From NCBI GenBank assembly GCA_030147505.1, contig JASBVG010000064.1:19431-83430 (forward strand): DNA of 64,000 nucleotides. Direction: 5' to 3'. Below are positions 12,101 through 20,629 of the stretch, piece by piece (positions within the stretch are counted from its first letter, which is position 1; the number at the start of each line of letters is the position of its first letter). Made by a program: the position numbers and the translations under genes. The notes below the pieces were generated by a model that did not search any database, had not been told where the DNA came from, and saw only the letters and a program-made list of their open reading frames with translations. Origin of the DNA: Tardiphaga sp. (GTDB lineage: Bacteria > Pseudomonadota > Alphaproteobacteria > Rhizobiales > Xanthobacteraceae).

Positions 12101-15100
12101 GTGCCGAAGCGGGCGCCGTCCTGCAAAACGACGCCTTGGCCGGCGGTGAAGGCGATCGAGCCTTCGCTGTAGAGCGAGGAGCCGCCTTCGAGCGTAATCC
12201 TCGACGTCGTGTTGAACCGCCACGGTTCGAGAGAGATCGAACCGTTCGAAACCGCCAGCATGGCGGGCGCGCTGAACAGCATGCCAGTGGCAACAGTGTC
12301 CGGCGCTTGCAACCCACGACCGAGCGTATTGACCGACGCGCCGGACTTCACGGTAATGCCGCCGTTGTTGGCGGCAAGGATGACCTGCGACCCCGACAAT
12401 ACAACGCCGCTTTCCAAGGTCAGCGAGCGGACGAGGCCATCGTTGGCCGTTAGTTCAAAGACCGGATTTCCAGCCGTGTAACTGCTCCCGGGACCGGAGC
12501 CAACATAGAGATTGGACGCTCCGACATCGGCGATCTCCGAAGCGGCAACGGTTGTGACACTATTGGTCCGGACCGTCGTGCTGCCCGCTCCGGTAATCGC
12601 CATGTCGGTATTGGAGGATCTGTTAGAACCGCCGTAGCCGGAGATCGACAAAGTTCCGGCATACCCGCCCTTACCGGGCGCGAAATCGGCGAAGCCATCG
12701 AAGATAAGAGCCGATTCCACACGCGGCGCGCTGCCTGTGGCCAATGTCGACAGATTGAAGGTCAGGAACTTGCCGTCGACCGAGAGCAGCGGCCGGGCGG
12801 TGCCAAAGTTCGCGGCCTGCGCGAGAAGGAAGGACTCGTAGCCCTGTTCGTTGAATTGCGAATAAGTCCGCAATGTCGCGCCGGGTGTGACGATGACGGA
12901 AGTTGCGAGCGAGTCGATGATCGAGGTGTTGCCCACGCCGTGCGTCGCGCTCGTCAGGTACGAGCCTGACGTCAGTGATCGGGGCGCAGCAAGTCCCGTC
13001 GTCCCAGCCGCACCAAGTTCGACGCGGTAGGCGCCGGGCAGCAGCGCATAATTCGCCGGTAGCAACGTGTAGGTACCGGCCGGCAGGCCCGGCACGCCGG
13101 CCAGAATTGTGATCTGCTCGCCGATGCCCGGTGCCGCGCCGTTCCAGGCCGTGGAATAGCCGCCCGTCCGCGGCGCGATGACAACGCCCGGCACGATGGC
13201 ATAGACCGGATTTCCGGACTTGCTGAATCGGTAGCCGGGATTCGCGTCGGCCAGCGCGTTGACCAGCACGTCGACCGAGCCGCCGCGGCCCGAGACGAAG
13301 CCCGCGCCGATAAGCGTGCCGCCGCCGGAAAGGTCGAGTGTCGAACCCGCATGGGTGACGACATTGTAACCGGTGGCGGTGATGCCGAGCCTCCCACTGC
13401 GGCTGTTGATGATAATATTACCGTCGGCATCCCGAACGATTGTGCCGGTCAACAGGTCGTAGGAAAACGGCTTGCTGCCGTTGACGGTGAAGCTGACGCC
13501 GTCCACCGTGCCGCCATAGGGCATGATGAGCCCCTTGGCGCTGACCGAGGTCAGGCTGCCCGGCAGGAATTCGACAAGACCTCGCGACACCATCTGCTGG
13601 CTCGTCGCGATGAGCGAGATCGCGCCGAGCGGGGCGAGCAGATTGCCGCCCTGCCGGATCGTCCCAGCCGTCATGTTAAGCGCGCCGAACACCGAATAGG
13701 GCGCTGCGACTGGCGCATCGCTGTGGCGGTTGATCGTGATCATGCCGGTGTTCGTCGCGCCGGAGACAAACGGCGGCGCGCCAGTCACATCGATCGCGAC
13801 GCCGGCATAGAGTTCAGCCCGAGCGTCCGTCGCGGGATAGATGCGCTGTGCGATCAGATCGATATCCCCGGTGACGGCCAGCGCCGTCGTCTTACCGGCC
13901 GCACCGCTGGTCGGCGTTCTGTCATAAGCGAGGAATCGCAGGTCGGTGTCGCTGTCGAGCGTGAGTTTGCCGACCCGCGCATTCATGCGGTTGACGATGT
14001 CGATCAGTCCACCATGAACGGTCAGCGTGCCTGTCGTCGGGTAAGCCGGCAGGATCGCGGGAAGCACGCTGAACTGGCCGGCCTCCCGCAGGAGCTGCCC
14101 GTCGAGCGTGACATAGGGCGCGGCCACCGTTGCGTGGGCACCACCGACGGAGTTGTAAATCCCCGACGCACGCAGTGCGATGCTGCGGCCGGCGGCGAGG
14201 TTCACGTCGCCTTCGAACACGATAGCCGTGCGTGCGAACAGCGACAGATTATCGAAGCCCCCCTCCGCGACCTGCTCCGCGCTGAGGCTCGCATGGCCGG
14301 GCTTTAAGTCGGCATGCGCCGCGCCCGCCCGGAGACCGGCCGGCAAGGCGCTCGGCTGCCGTGCCTCGGAGATGCGTATCGCCCGGCCCGCCTGCAGGCG
14401 CGAAGGGACGATATCGCCCACCTGCGCATAGGTGTAGATCGGCGCTTCGAAATTGATCGTCAGCGTGCCGCCCGAGGCGCCCACGCCGCCCGCCCGGGCG
14501 AGCAACGTGCCGTCATTGTAAATACCTTGATAGGAATCGAGGGCGATCTCGCCGCCATGGCTGGCGACCGTGCGACGCGTGATCGCGCTCTGTCCGGCCG
14601 CTCCTATGGTTGTGATGTCGAGCTCGGCACCAGTGCCCGACACATCGATCACCGCACCCTGGCGCACCACGACATAGGCGTCGGCTGACAGATAGGCGTT
14701 CTCGTATAACGTATCCTCGCCACCGCGACTGCCGAGCACGACCTTGCCGCCGTCCGGCACGACACCAAAGATCCGCCCCCGGATATCAACCGCGGTCACC
14801 GCCCGCGCCGAAGCGTCGAGCCGCGCATGCTCGCCGATCCAGACCGAAAGCCCGCCGACATCCTTGTTGCTGAATCGGCTGACATTGAGAACGGAAATCT
14901 CGCCGCCATGGGCCGTAATCGAGCCGTCGACGAAAATCTGCCCGCCGCTCGCAACCGTGACCTTGCGGCCGGGATCGACGGTAATCGACGCACCCTGGGC
15001 GATCGTCACGCCTCCTCCTGTGAGCACGCTGGTGTCTCCACCGATACCGCGGCCCGACAGCAATTCGAGATCGGCGCCACCGCGCTGGATCATCTCCGCG

Positions 15101-18100
15101 TCAATCCGATCCGCACGATAGACGTCCGGTAACCAGAGGTTCAACGCCGCTGCCGGGTCGCTACCAGTCGGCGTGGCGAAACTGCCATTGGCCAGTTGGT
15201 AGACCGGCATCGTGGGAGCGACGACCGCCCCAGAGGAAACGATCAATCCGGCTTCGCCGTTGATCGAATATTTCGAGAAGCCCCGGCTCAGGAGACCGTC
15301 GGCAACATGGAACACTTCGGGTCGCGTAATCTTGGCGTCGACCGCCAGAAGCGTACCGGCTCTAAGCACGGTGCCGGCAGCGAAGGTGACGCTCACCGGC
15401 GCTGCCGTCCCGGGCATGAAGGTCATCGATTGCGGTCCGGTGAGCCGCAGTCCGGTTGGGAAGGCAGTGACCGGAAGCACATAGCCACCAGGCAGGACCG
15501 GAACCTCAACACTGTAGCCGCGCACCATCGAGCCGGCCGGGACGACCGTGCCGGCTGGCGCCCTGACTACGGCGGTTGTTCCCGGTCTCACATAAGCGAT
15601 GCCGGTGGCCCCCGTGGGCACGACCCATTCCGCCGCAACCGTGGTCGAGAGGAACGGCACGTCCGTAGGCAGCGTCGCACCGACCGCAATCGAGGTGATG
15701 GTCTGTGTGAAGGCCACCGGCAGCGGCGAGCCTTGCGGAATGACCAGCGCTTCCCTCAGCGTCACATCGGCCGGCACCAACGTCCCGGCCGGCAAGGTCG
15801 CGCCGATCTCGTAGTTTGCATCGCCGATGACTACGACGCCCGAAGTCGATAGAGACAAGGTCCCGCCGCCAGCGGCGCCGAATCCGCGAATCTCGCCGTC
15901 GAGGGTCAACTTGGCTGCGCCGATGCCGTTGTATCCGGCGAGCAGCGAGACGTCGCCGCCCCTCCCGTATTTTTGCGCATTGGCGAAAATGGCCGCGCCG
16001 GATGAGGTGTCGATCCGTGATCCTGCTTCGAGCACGACATTCCCGGTCGAACGCAAGGTGATGCTGCCGCCATCCAGCAACGCGGCGCCCGACAATTGGG
16101 AGAGATCGCTCGTTGCGTTGGTCCACAATCCGCGCGTATCGATCGCCGCATGCGATCGCAGCGTCACGCTCGATTTACCATCCTGCATCAGCAGGTCGCT
16201 CGCTCGCTCCGTAACAGACCCGCCAGCGATCTCACGCGTCACCAGCTGGTTGCTCGCGGTGACGGAGCCACCGCGCGCAACCACGTCCGCCTTGATATCG
16301 ATCACTGCCGCCGTCAGCGATACCTGACCGCCGTCGGCCAGTTTGAGCGTGCGATCGATCGTGATCTTGCCACCGGTTTCGGTGTCCGTATCGAAACGCG
16401 TGGCGATTTCGATGCCACCGAGATTCTGCCGGCCAAGATGCGCCGCGTCGAGCCACACGGTATTGGCCCGACCGAGGTCGGCGAGGCTTGTATTTGCCGA
16501 AGCATCGCCCGCAATGTCGGCGACATCACCGATGATCACGTCGCTACCGTGTGCGCCGACGAGACCGGGCGAGCCATATTGTCCGATGGACAACGTGCCG
16601 TTCTGCGCGCGCGTCGTCTGCGTCGCCTTGTAGCCATCGAGAAGATCCGCCGGACGCTTTGATGTCTGGCGCTCGCCCTTGACCGTATCCGCCAAGATGT
16701 CCGCCTCGAAGATGATCGTCGGAGCCGAAAGAACCACGCGGCCAGCATCGCGGCCAACGCTGTAGCCATCTTCCCAGCGCATCGAATGTCGACCGCGGTC
16801 GAACACCGTGGTCCAGATTTCCGTCAGTCGCTCATCGCCTTGTCCCTGGATATTGTGGGTGCGTCTGAAGCCGCCGGCAAAGCCGACGAACGTCATGTCG
16901 GCCGGCGCATTGTCGACGCTGTATCGGCGTCCATCGGCGCCGATCAAGTTGGTCGAACGAATCCATCCTCCTGCATAGTCGAGCGAGCCGCCGGAAATCT
17001 CGAACGTGGCTCCGTTCTGCGCCACCACTTCGGGGGCCGACAGCGTGATCGTTCCACCCACGGAAACCCATTCGCCGATGCCGTGCGCCGTATTGGCGAG
17101 GTAGCCTCCGACCTCGATCAGCCCGCCGCGGGTATAGTAACGATCCGACGCGTAGCCGCCGGTCCCCGCGCTGACCAAGGTCAGGGTCCGCAGATCGATC
17201 CAGACGTTGTTGCTGCGCAGCACCTCAGAATCGCGATTCAACGGACTGTCGCGCAACTCGTTACCTTGCAGATTGATCTGCAAATTGTTCGATTCCATCG
17301 CCAGCGCCACATGGCGCACGCCGGAGACGTCGAGATGAGCGCCGGTCTCGGCGACGATCCGCCCGCTTGCCGACGCCGCGATCTGGCCGCCCTGCGCCGC
17401 GGTGACGCTGCCGCTCTTGAAGGTGATGTTCCCACCGGTGACGATTTCGATACGCGACTGGTCCAGCCGATCGGCGAGCAGCGACAGATTGTCGAACGCA
17501 CCGGTGGCGCTGCTCGCGCGCAGCAGATTGGCGGCCTCCGATGCGGCGATCAGCGCATCGCGCTGGCTGTTCAGCGCCGTGTCCCTGCTCTCGAGTTCGG
17601 GCAGGATCGTAGTAAGACTGCCGGCCCCGAGCGCGACGCTGCCGCGGGTATCCGTCGCCCCGTTCAAGAGATGGATGGTGCCGCGCGTGTTGACCGAGGT
17701 CGTGGCGATCAGTGCGCCATCCTGCAATACGATCCGGCCGGCCAGCGTGACATCACCTTGCTGCGCGAATACCAGCCCGCTGTTGCGGACAATGCCGCTC
17801 GCACTTCCCGCCGCAATGACTGGCGATATCTCGCTGCCGCGAGTGGTGGATGACTGATTGGCCTCCGTTCCGTATCCCTGACGCAGGATGAAATCGTCAC
17901 CTGCGGCGAGCAAAGTCTGGCCTTTTGGCGTAGCGATGCTGCCGGCATTCTCGACCTGCGAGCCGATCAGCAGCACATGGCCGCCACCCGAGGTCACTGA
18001 TGACGGTGCGTGCGTGTTGATGGAGCCGCCCGCCTCGACCACTACCTTACCCCCTGCAGACCTGAAGCTCGGTGTGTAGCTCGAACCGGTCTGAACGCTG

Positions 18101-18843
18101 TAGATGCCATTGGTGCGAAACTGGTCGTCGGTGATGCCGGCCGTGGATGCGATCAGAGAGCCGACATTCACCTGGCTGTTGCCGCCGAAGATGATGCCGC
18201 TCTGATTGATCACGTAAACATGGCCGTCGGCATTGATGGTGCCGAGGATCTGGCTCGGAGCGCTAGCGTTATTGACGCGGTTGAGCGCGACCCAGTCGCG
18301 ACGACCCTGCTGATCGAAAGTGAGCGTGGTTCGCGCGCCGACATTGAACTCGCGCCAGTTCAGGATGGCTTGTTGTGTGGTCTGGCGGATATTGACCTCG
18401 GTCTGCCCTTTGCCGTCAGTTCCCTGCACCGGCGCATTGGCGCCGTTCCAGCGGCTCATATCTGGCAGCAAGCCACCCGCACCGAGGCCGTTCGAAACGG
18501 CGATAGGCGTCGTCACTGAGACCTGTGTTGCGGCGGCGGCAGCGCGCGCCGCGGCCTGCACCGCCTGCATATCCTGCACCGCGCGCGCGGCCCGCGCCAG
18601 CGATTGCTGTGTCTGCGCAGCCGCAGCGGCAGCCTGCCGAGCGGCTTGCGACGCCGCATCCGCGGCCATGTTTGGTGCGGGGACACTGCCAGCACCTCCA
18701 CCGTTCAGCGCGCGCGCATGCACCGCAGGTGAAATTGCAAACAACGTTAGGGCACTTACTCCGGCGAGCAATGTGGCGTGCTGTACGGTGCGAAGCGTGC
18801 GACCGATCGCAATCGAGGGCGAAGAAGCGGTGCGGACGGACAT
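6142..18843 (-). CDS. Giant filamentous haemagglutinin family exoprotein (TpsA, PdtA-like; C-terminal DUF3739-like region), 4233 aa
   Basis: Signal peptide; TPS domain (AILNWREFNVG, ILGTINADGHVYVINQSGIIFG); Gly/Ala/Thr-rich beta-helix-like body; C-terminal SRIMTTFGGDILAWSATGDINAGRG. Confidence 0.9.
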   Translation of the reverse strand: MSVRTASSPSIAIGRTLRTVQHATLLAGVSALTLFAISPAVHARALNGGGAGSVPAPNMAADAASQAARQAAAAAAQTQQSLARAARAVQDMQAVQAAARAAAAATQVSVTTPIAVSNGLGAGGLLPDMSRWNGANAPVQGTDGKGQTEVNIRQTTQQAILNWREFNVGARTTLTFDQQGRRDWVALNRVNNASAPSQILGTINADGHVYVINQSGIIFGGNSQVNVGSLIASTAGITDDQFRTNGIYSVQTGSSYTPSFRSAGGKVVVEAGGSINTHAPSSVTSGGGHVLLIGSQVENAGSIATPKGQTLLAAGDDFILRQGYGTEANQSSTTRGSEISPVIAAGSASGIVRNSGLVFAQQGDVTLAGRIVLQDGALIATTSVNTRGTIHLLNGATDTRGSVALGAGSLTTILPELESRDTALNSQRDALIAASEAANLLRASSATGAFDNLSLLADRLDQSRIEIVTGGNITFKSGSVTAAQGGQIAASASGRIVAETGAHLDVSGVRHVALAMESNNLQINLQGNELRDSPLNRDSEVLRSNNVWIDLRTLTLVSAGTGGYASDRYYTRGGLIEVGGYLANTAHGIGEWVSVGGTITLSAPEVVAQNGATFEISGGSLDYAGGWIRSTNLIGADGRRYSVDNAPADMTFVGFAGGFRRTHNIQGQGDERLTEIWTTVFDRGRHSMRWEDGYSVGRDAGRVVLSAPTIIFEADILADTVKGERQTSKRPADLLDGYKATQTTRAQNGTLSIGQYGSPGLVGAHGSDVIIGDVADIAGDASANTSLADLGRANTVWLDAAHLGRQNLGGIEIATRFDTDTETGGKITIDRTLKLADGGQVSLTAAVIDIKADVVARGGSVTASNQLVTREIAGGSVTERASDLLMQDGKSSVTLRSHAAIDTRGLWTNATSDLSQLSGAALLDGGSITLRSTGNVVLEAGSRIDTSSGAAIFANAQKYGRGGDVSLLAGYNGIGAAKLTLDGEIRGFGAAGGGTLSLSTSGVVVIGDANYEIGATLPAGTLVPADVTLREALVIPQGSPLPVAFTQTITSIAVGATLPTDVPFLSTTVAAEWVVPTGATGIAYVRPGTTAVVRAPAGTVVPAGSMVRGYSVEVPVLPGGYVLPVTAFPTGLRLTGPQSMTFMPGTAAPVSVTFAAGTVLRAGTLLAVDAKITRPEVFHVADGLLSRGFSKYSINGEAGLIVSSGAVVAPTMPVYQLANGSFATPTGSDPAAALNLWLPDVYRADRIDAEMIQRGGADLELLSGRGIGGDTSVLTGGGVTIAQGASITVDPGRKVTVASGGQIFVDGSITAHGGEISVLNVSRFSNKDVGGLSVWIGEHARLDASARAVTAVDIRGRIFGVVPDGGKVVLGSRGGEDTLYENAYLSADAYVVVRQGAVIDVSGTGAELDITTIGAAGQSAITRRTVASHGGEIALDSYQGIYNDGTLLARAGGVGASGGTLTINFEAPIYTYAQVGDIVPSRLQAGRAIRISEARQPSALPAGLRAGAAHADLKPGHASLSAEQVAEGGFDNLSLFARTAIVFEGDVNLAAGRSIALRASGIYNSVGGAHATVAAPYVTLDGQLLREAGQFSVLPAILPAYPTTGTLTVHGGLIDIVNRMNARVGKLTLDSDTDLRFLAYDRTPTSGAAGKTTALAVTGDIDLIAQRIYPATDARAELYAGVAIDVTGAPPFVSGATNTGMITINRHSDAPVAAPYSVFGALNMTAGTIRQGGNLLAPLGAISLIATSQQMVSRGLVEFLPGSLTSVSAKGLIMPYGGTVDGVSFTVNGSKPFSYDLLTGTIVRDADGNIIINSRSGRLGITATGYNVVTHAGSTLDLSGGGTLIGAGFVSGRGGSVDVLVNALADANPGYRFSKSGNPVYAIVPGVVIAPRTGGYSTAWNGAAPGIGEQITILAGVPGLPAGTYTLLPANYALLPGAYRVELGAAGTTGLAAPRSLTSGSYLTSATHGVGNTSIIDSLATSVIVTPGATLRTYSQFNEQGYESFLLAQAANFGTARPLLSVDGKFLTFNLSTLATGSAPRVESALIFDGFADFAPGKGGYAGTLSISGYGGSNRSSNTDMAITGAGSTTVRTNSVTTVAASEIADVGASNLYVGSGPGSSYTAGNPVFELTANDGLVRSLTLESGVVLSGSQVILAANNGGITVKSGASVNTLGRGLQAPDTVATGMLFSAPAMLAVSNGSISLEPWRFNTTSRITLEGGSSLYSEGSIAFTAGQGVVLQDGARFGTRDLELALPYINIGAAEQLAAAAAAGILPAGLSLDQVVLDRLVQGDPVTGAPGMKNLILSAGNSINFYGSVNLSTLDKNGKSVLESFVLSTPAIYGHGNANDSVTLTTDRLVWSSRAFRSVTPDGSAVYTPAAPGAIIANGPGTGYGVFNFDAREILFGYLEQSRPLNTVQFNRLMLGFETVNLNASERITSNNINTLAVWRTGPSPASDFNPATYAGEAAALNLVTPLLTGDNGSVLSIYSSGTLRVVAPQGGPAGAASVDTLGATINLASVQGAVKIDTAVALPSGKLTVKADQTIQIDDGTRIDLAGRAIPFKDVTKYSWGGDLVLESAHSSIIVQGGATFDVSAVSNHAGSVTLSATDGAGGGGIVFVNPDGTPLQSIDGTFKGSSTVGYESGAFKLTVHFIGPAGTQNESFARINAALNAGGFFQTREFALKQGDLAIGNEVRAHNVVVSVDNGSLTVLGRIDASGAAPGSIRLSAKNDLAIASGAVLDVHGTELQTDSDGVAIEAKNRGGIELTATTGWLRLNPGATLDLGSPDGVKRGKLVLNAGRTGETSGDARIDATAPLDIRGAAGIALNAFWTYSPTDADGSIVQDNGGADPVAADGAVGLNQIGARNVQFINAALANASLAGRTAGLSAYGDAYHLRPGVEISGNSSSNGNLTVKGNLDLASLRTSDEAYSATESGSLVVRAPGNLTVNGSITDGFGNPVANPNDIMNSTETLTRERWLDVAVISGATTIPTAGTTLTFDLVLGGTSNSVRRGGVVIPFEYKGLGLTVRADAVSTGGVPGLWTLTGSITLAANLVVSASVPNRTVALPNGGPTYVAGQTIPAGTVLPAGTVINIGLLNGASTNFILPTNSIYGAGTTLPGTGTMSLAAGTVIPGGTNLAAVMGGTIITLQAGQTLRAGTYLPVGTKLIASLPIANYAAAPMLAPGSESWSIRLVSGADAASADTRAVQSLPALGAGGNMLLSNSLINAAGKVLPSVIRTGTGDLDLVAGRDLTQDTPFGVYTAGTQIDVGGAYAGVTSQGGYFTENGGDLTITTGRNLTGYLYVDNPSSIGGQTNYSVGNWLVRQGDATTPAAWAIRFGAYGGPNANIFYGFSAGFGALGGGNVNVDVGGDAGALGAVTNSGSQIYASTGLLFAVGGSGRVTSVTKTSDGVVTGGTLLQTGGGNLSVDVGGRLNPVVTPNNIAPDDLYGSFTNVRGDIAVQAGAIGSALLAFGVGAPNDPRAVDLYGAARLSSDGGVGGPVVVIGDGSASLQARGDLIFGGAGDPGMIYASGTSGPAFSLWRPDSAITLFSAGGNMVPLNVAQYTGSNEAWGNEDSTNQAMMTPIFEAVAAQGSLYWAGRQRIELAPSRDGYLELLAGNSIYAAAFNTGSSISTPVAAAWTVSSAAADPNSIPNPFRPGTSNSYFQFQADTVTTNLHAGDDKLIRVYAMAGDIVNFTLGDPTVQIVNGENLPRYRAAMPARIYAGRDIVNFGKNAYRSQFGQPQFVDTPSLILNNDATDISSIEAGRDILYAQVQVAGPGSLEVVAGRNLYLGDKGSIVSIGALAAGDTRSGASILMQAGAGAAGPNYAGLLPYLDVANLAAIGTPLAGQPGKVAKTYEKELQAWLKERFGFAVADAAEARAYFVRLPAEQQNVFLRQVYFAELRAGGREYNDPDSSRYGSYLRGRSAIAALFPEMERNGNPISYRGDITMFGGSGVRTEFGGNIEMFAPGGQVLVGLEGQVPPATSGLITQGAGDVQLYARGSILLGLSRIMTTFGGDILAWSATGDINAGRGAKTTVIYTTPKRTYDLYGNVTLSPDAPSSGAGIATLNPIPEVEPGDIDLIAPLGTIDAGEAGIRVSGNVNLAALQILNAANIQVQGTSMGIPTVQAPNITAALAATNATAATQQTATPTQGSGNSQPSVIIVEVLGYGGGGAEEDGSTRKRRPGDEQTRANEGSVESVRVLGSGPITREQLNALTDEEKMRLLSTERSRL

Positions 18844-18930
18844 TGCTGGCAGTTCCCTGAGCTGACGATATACGTTCCGAGCGCGCTCGCGGAAACACGA
18901 GGACGTTCAGGAAAACGCTTTCATGGAGTC

Positions 18931-18958
18931 AGACGGAGAAGATGCTCGAGGTGTGACA
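18931..18958 (-). promoter_or_regulatory. Candidate ECF sigma promoter upstream of the haemagglutinin gene
   Basis: TGTCACA-N16-CGTCT on the minus strand; same motif and spacing at 20087-20114. Confidence 0.7.
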
Positions 18959-19020
18959 GGCCACGGAGAAAAAATCTTCATCGGCGGCATCGCCCCCGAA
19001 ATCACACGGCCGGATCTGGG

Positions 19021-20019
19021 TCAGCTCAATACGACGATCCCGGCAGGGTAACGCGCCACGTTCAGTTTGAACGTATGCTCGATCTGAGCAAGTGCCTGCT
19101 CCATCTGGTCGATCCGAAACCGGCCACTGAGCAGTCGTTGCCCCTGCGCCGCATTTCTCAGAATGATACGGCCAGCGCGATAGCGGTTCATTTCCTCCAC
19201 CGCGTCGGAAAGCGGCGTATTCCGGAAAACCACCACGCCGCGCCGCCATTCCGATACGGCGCTTGGATCAATTGCATCGATTGCACCGAGACGACGCCCA
19301 CCGTAGGATATCTTTTGCCCGGTTTGCAGTTCTGCAACGTCGGCCCCGCTCTCGACCTTGAGCCGCCCGTCCAGACAGGTCACGACGACGTGGTCACCGG
19401 CACCGAGGCAACGCAGCTCGAACCGTCCCGCTTCGCTGACGATCTTGCCGCCAGCAGAAAACACCGCGAGCGCGCGTGATGAGCGGCTCGGCGTTGCAAA
19501 AGACGCCTCCCCCGTAATGAGTTCGACGCGATCTTCGGTCGTAGTCGCCGGACGAACTGCAAGGCTCGTCTGGGTGTTCAGGGCGATCTCGACATCGCCG
19601 GCAAAGGCAATGGTCCGTTGCTCGCCCGTGCCCGTACGAAAATCGGCACGCAGTTCGGAGTATGACGGCCACAGCCCAAGCGGTGGCTTGATCATCCCGT
19701 AAATCGTCCCAGCACCGATCGAGACCACACCGGCTCCGATCATAGCACGCCGGGTCATCACCGCCCGTTGCTGGCCATAGTCTTGAAGCGCGCCCATGAA
19801 GTTTGCGTCGGAACCATATTTCGCGCGGCCCACCACCGCCATCCGTTGCCAGATCCGCTCGGCATTCTCATACGCTTTCAGGTGACGCGGATCCTGCATG
19901 CGCCAACGCTTCGCGCCCGCAATGTCGTCCTCTGTCGCGCTCCCCGAGGCGAGCTTCTGAACCCAGCCAACCGCCTGCTGCTCGATCTGGCTCAAATTGG
20001 GCCTGTGATGCTCGCTCAT
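19021..20019 (-). CDS. FecR family anti-sigma factor (VreR-like)
   Basis: N-terminal AxxW...W...DPRH...W; one TM segment; RTGTGEQR, LNTQT, WRRG.VVF..TPL..AVEE.NRY. Confidence 0.92.
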   Translation of the reverse strand: MSEHHRPNLSQIEQQAVGWVQKLASGSATEDDIAGAKRWRMQDPRHLKAYENAERIWQRMAVVGRAKYGSDANFMGALQDYGQQRAVMTRRAMIGAGVVSIGAGTIYGMIKPPLGLWPSYSELRADFRTGTGEQRTIAFAGDVEIALNTQTSLAVRPATTTEDRVELITGEASFATPSRSSRALAVFSAGGKIVSEAGRFELRCLGAGDHVVVTCLDGRLKVESGADVAELQTGQKISYGGRRLGAIDAIDPSAVSEWRRGVVVFRNTPLSDAVEEMNRYRAGRIILRNAAQGQRLLSGRFRIDQMEQALAQIEHTFKLNVARYPAGIVVLS

Positions 20020-20086
20020 CTGCCGTGATACCGCTGACGCCGTCCCTATCTACAGGGTGGTGTCTCTCATGTGCTTCTACTAACTT

Positions 20087-20114
20087 AGACGTTCTTGCCG
20101 CGCCGAATGTGACA
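20087..20114 (-). promoter_or_regulatory. Candidate ECF sigma promoter upstream of fecR
   Basis: TGTCACA-N16-CGTCT on the minus strand. Confidence 0.7.
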
Positions 20115-20116
20115 CG

Positions 20117-20629
20117 TCAGCCCATTAACTCCTTGCAACGCGACAAACAATATTCGTGCGCACGGACCAGCTCCCTGGCAACCGTCCGCCGCGTGATCCG
20201 CATCTGTTTGGCAACGACGTCATGCGGGATGTTGCCTATGCGCGCCGCAAGGAAGATCGCGCGCTGTCGCGGCGGAAGCTCGGACACGATGGTCTCGAAA
20301 GCAGCGATCTCCGTTCGCGCGATCATCTCCTCTTCAGGCGTCGGCCGTTCATCCGCAATTTCCAAAGCCAGATCGAGCTCGACGCTGCGCCTGTGCCGCT
20401 TTTCCTTCCTGTGCTGATCGGTGGCCGCATTCAGCGCCGTGCGAAACAGGTAATGCTCCGGTCGCGCGATCTCCTTGTTCGTCCGCCCTGTGGCAAGACG
20501 TATCCAGGCGTCGTGCATCGCCTCATCGGCAAGATCGGCCGAGCCAAGCCGCCGGGTCAAACGCTTTTTCAGATCGGTATAGTCTTCCCTGAACAGCCGA
20601 CGCATCACCGTTTTCGCCAGGCCGCTCAT
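20117..20629 (-). CDS. FecI-like ECF sigma-70 factor (VreI-like)
   Basis: Region 2 (LTRRLGSADLADEAMHDAWIRL, YLFRTALN) and region 4 (LPPRQRAIFL); adjacent to fecR. Confidence 0.92.
   Translation of the reverse strand: MSGLAKTVMRRLFREDYTDLKKRLTRRLGSADLADEAMHDAWIRLATGRTNKEIARPEHYLFRTALNAATDQHRKEKRHRRSVELDLALEIADERPTPEEEMIARTEIAAFETIVSELPPRQRAIFLAARIGNIPHDVVAKQMRITRRTVARELVRAHEYCLSRCKELMG

Noticed and set aside
10162-12453. 763-aa + strand ORF and other long antisense ORFs (e.g. 22945-24993, 25213-26679, 56431-58203)
   Set aside because: Shadow frames of GC-rich genes on the opposite strand, with no motifs of their own.
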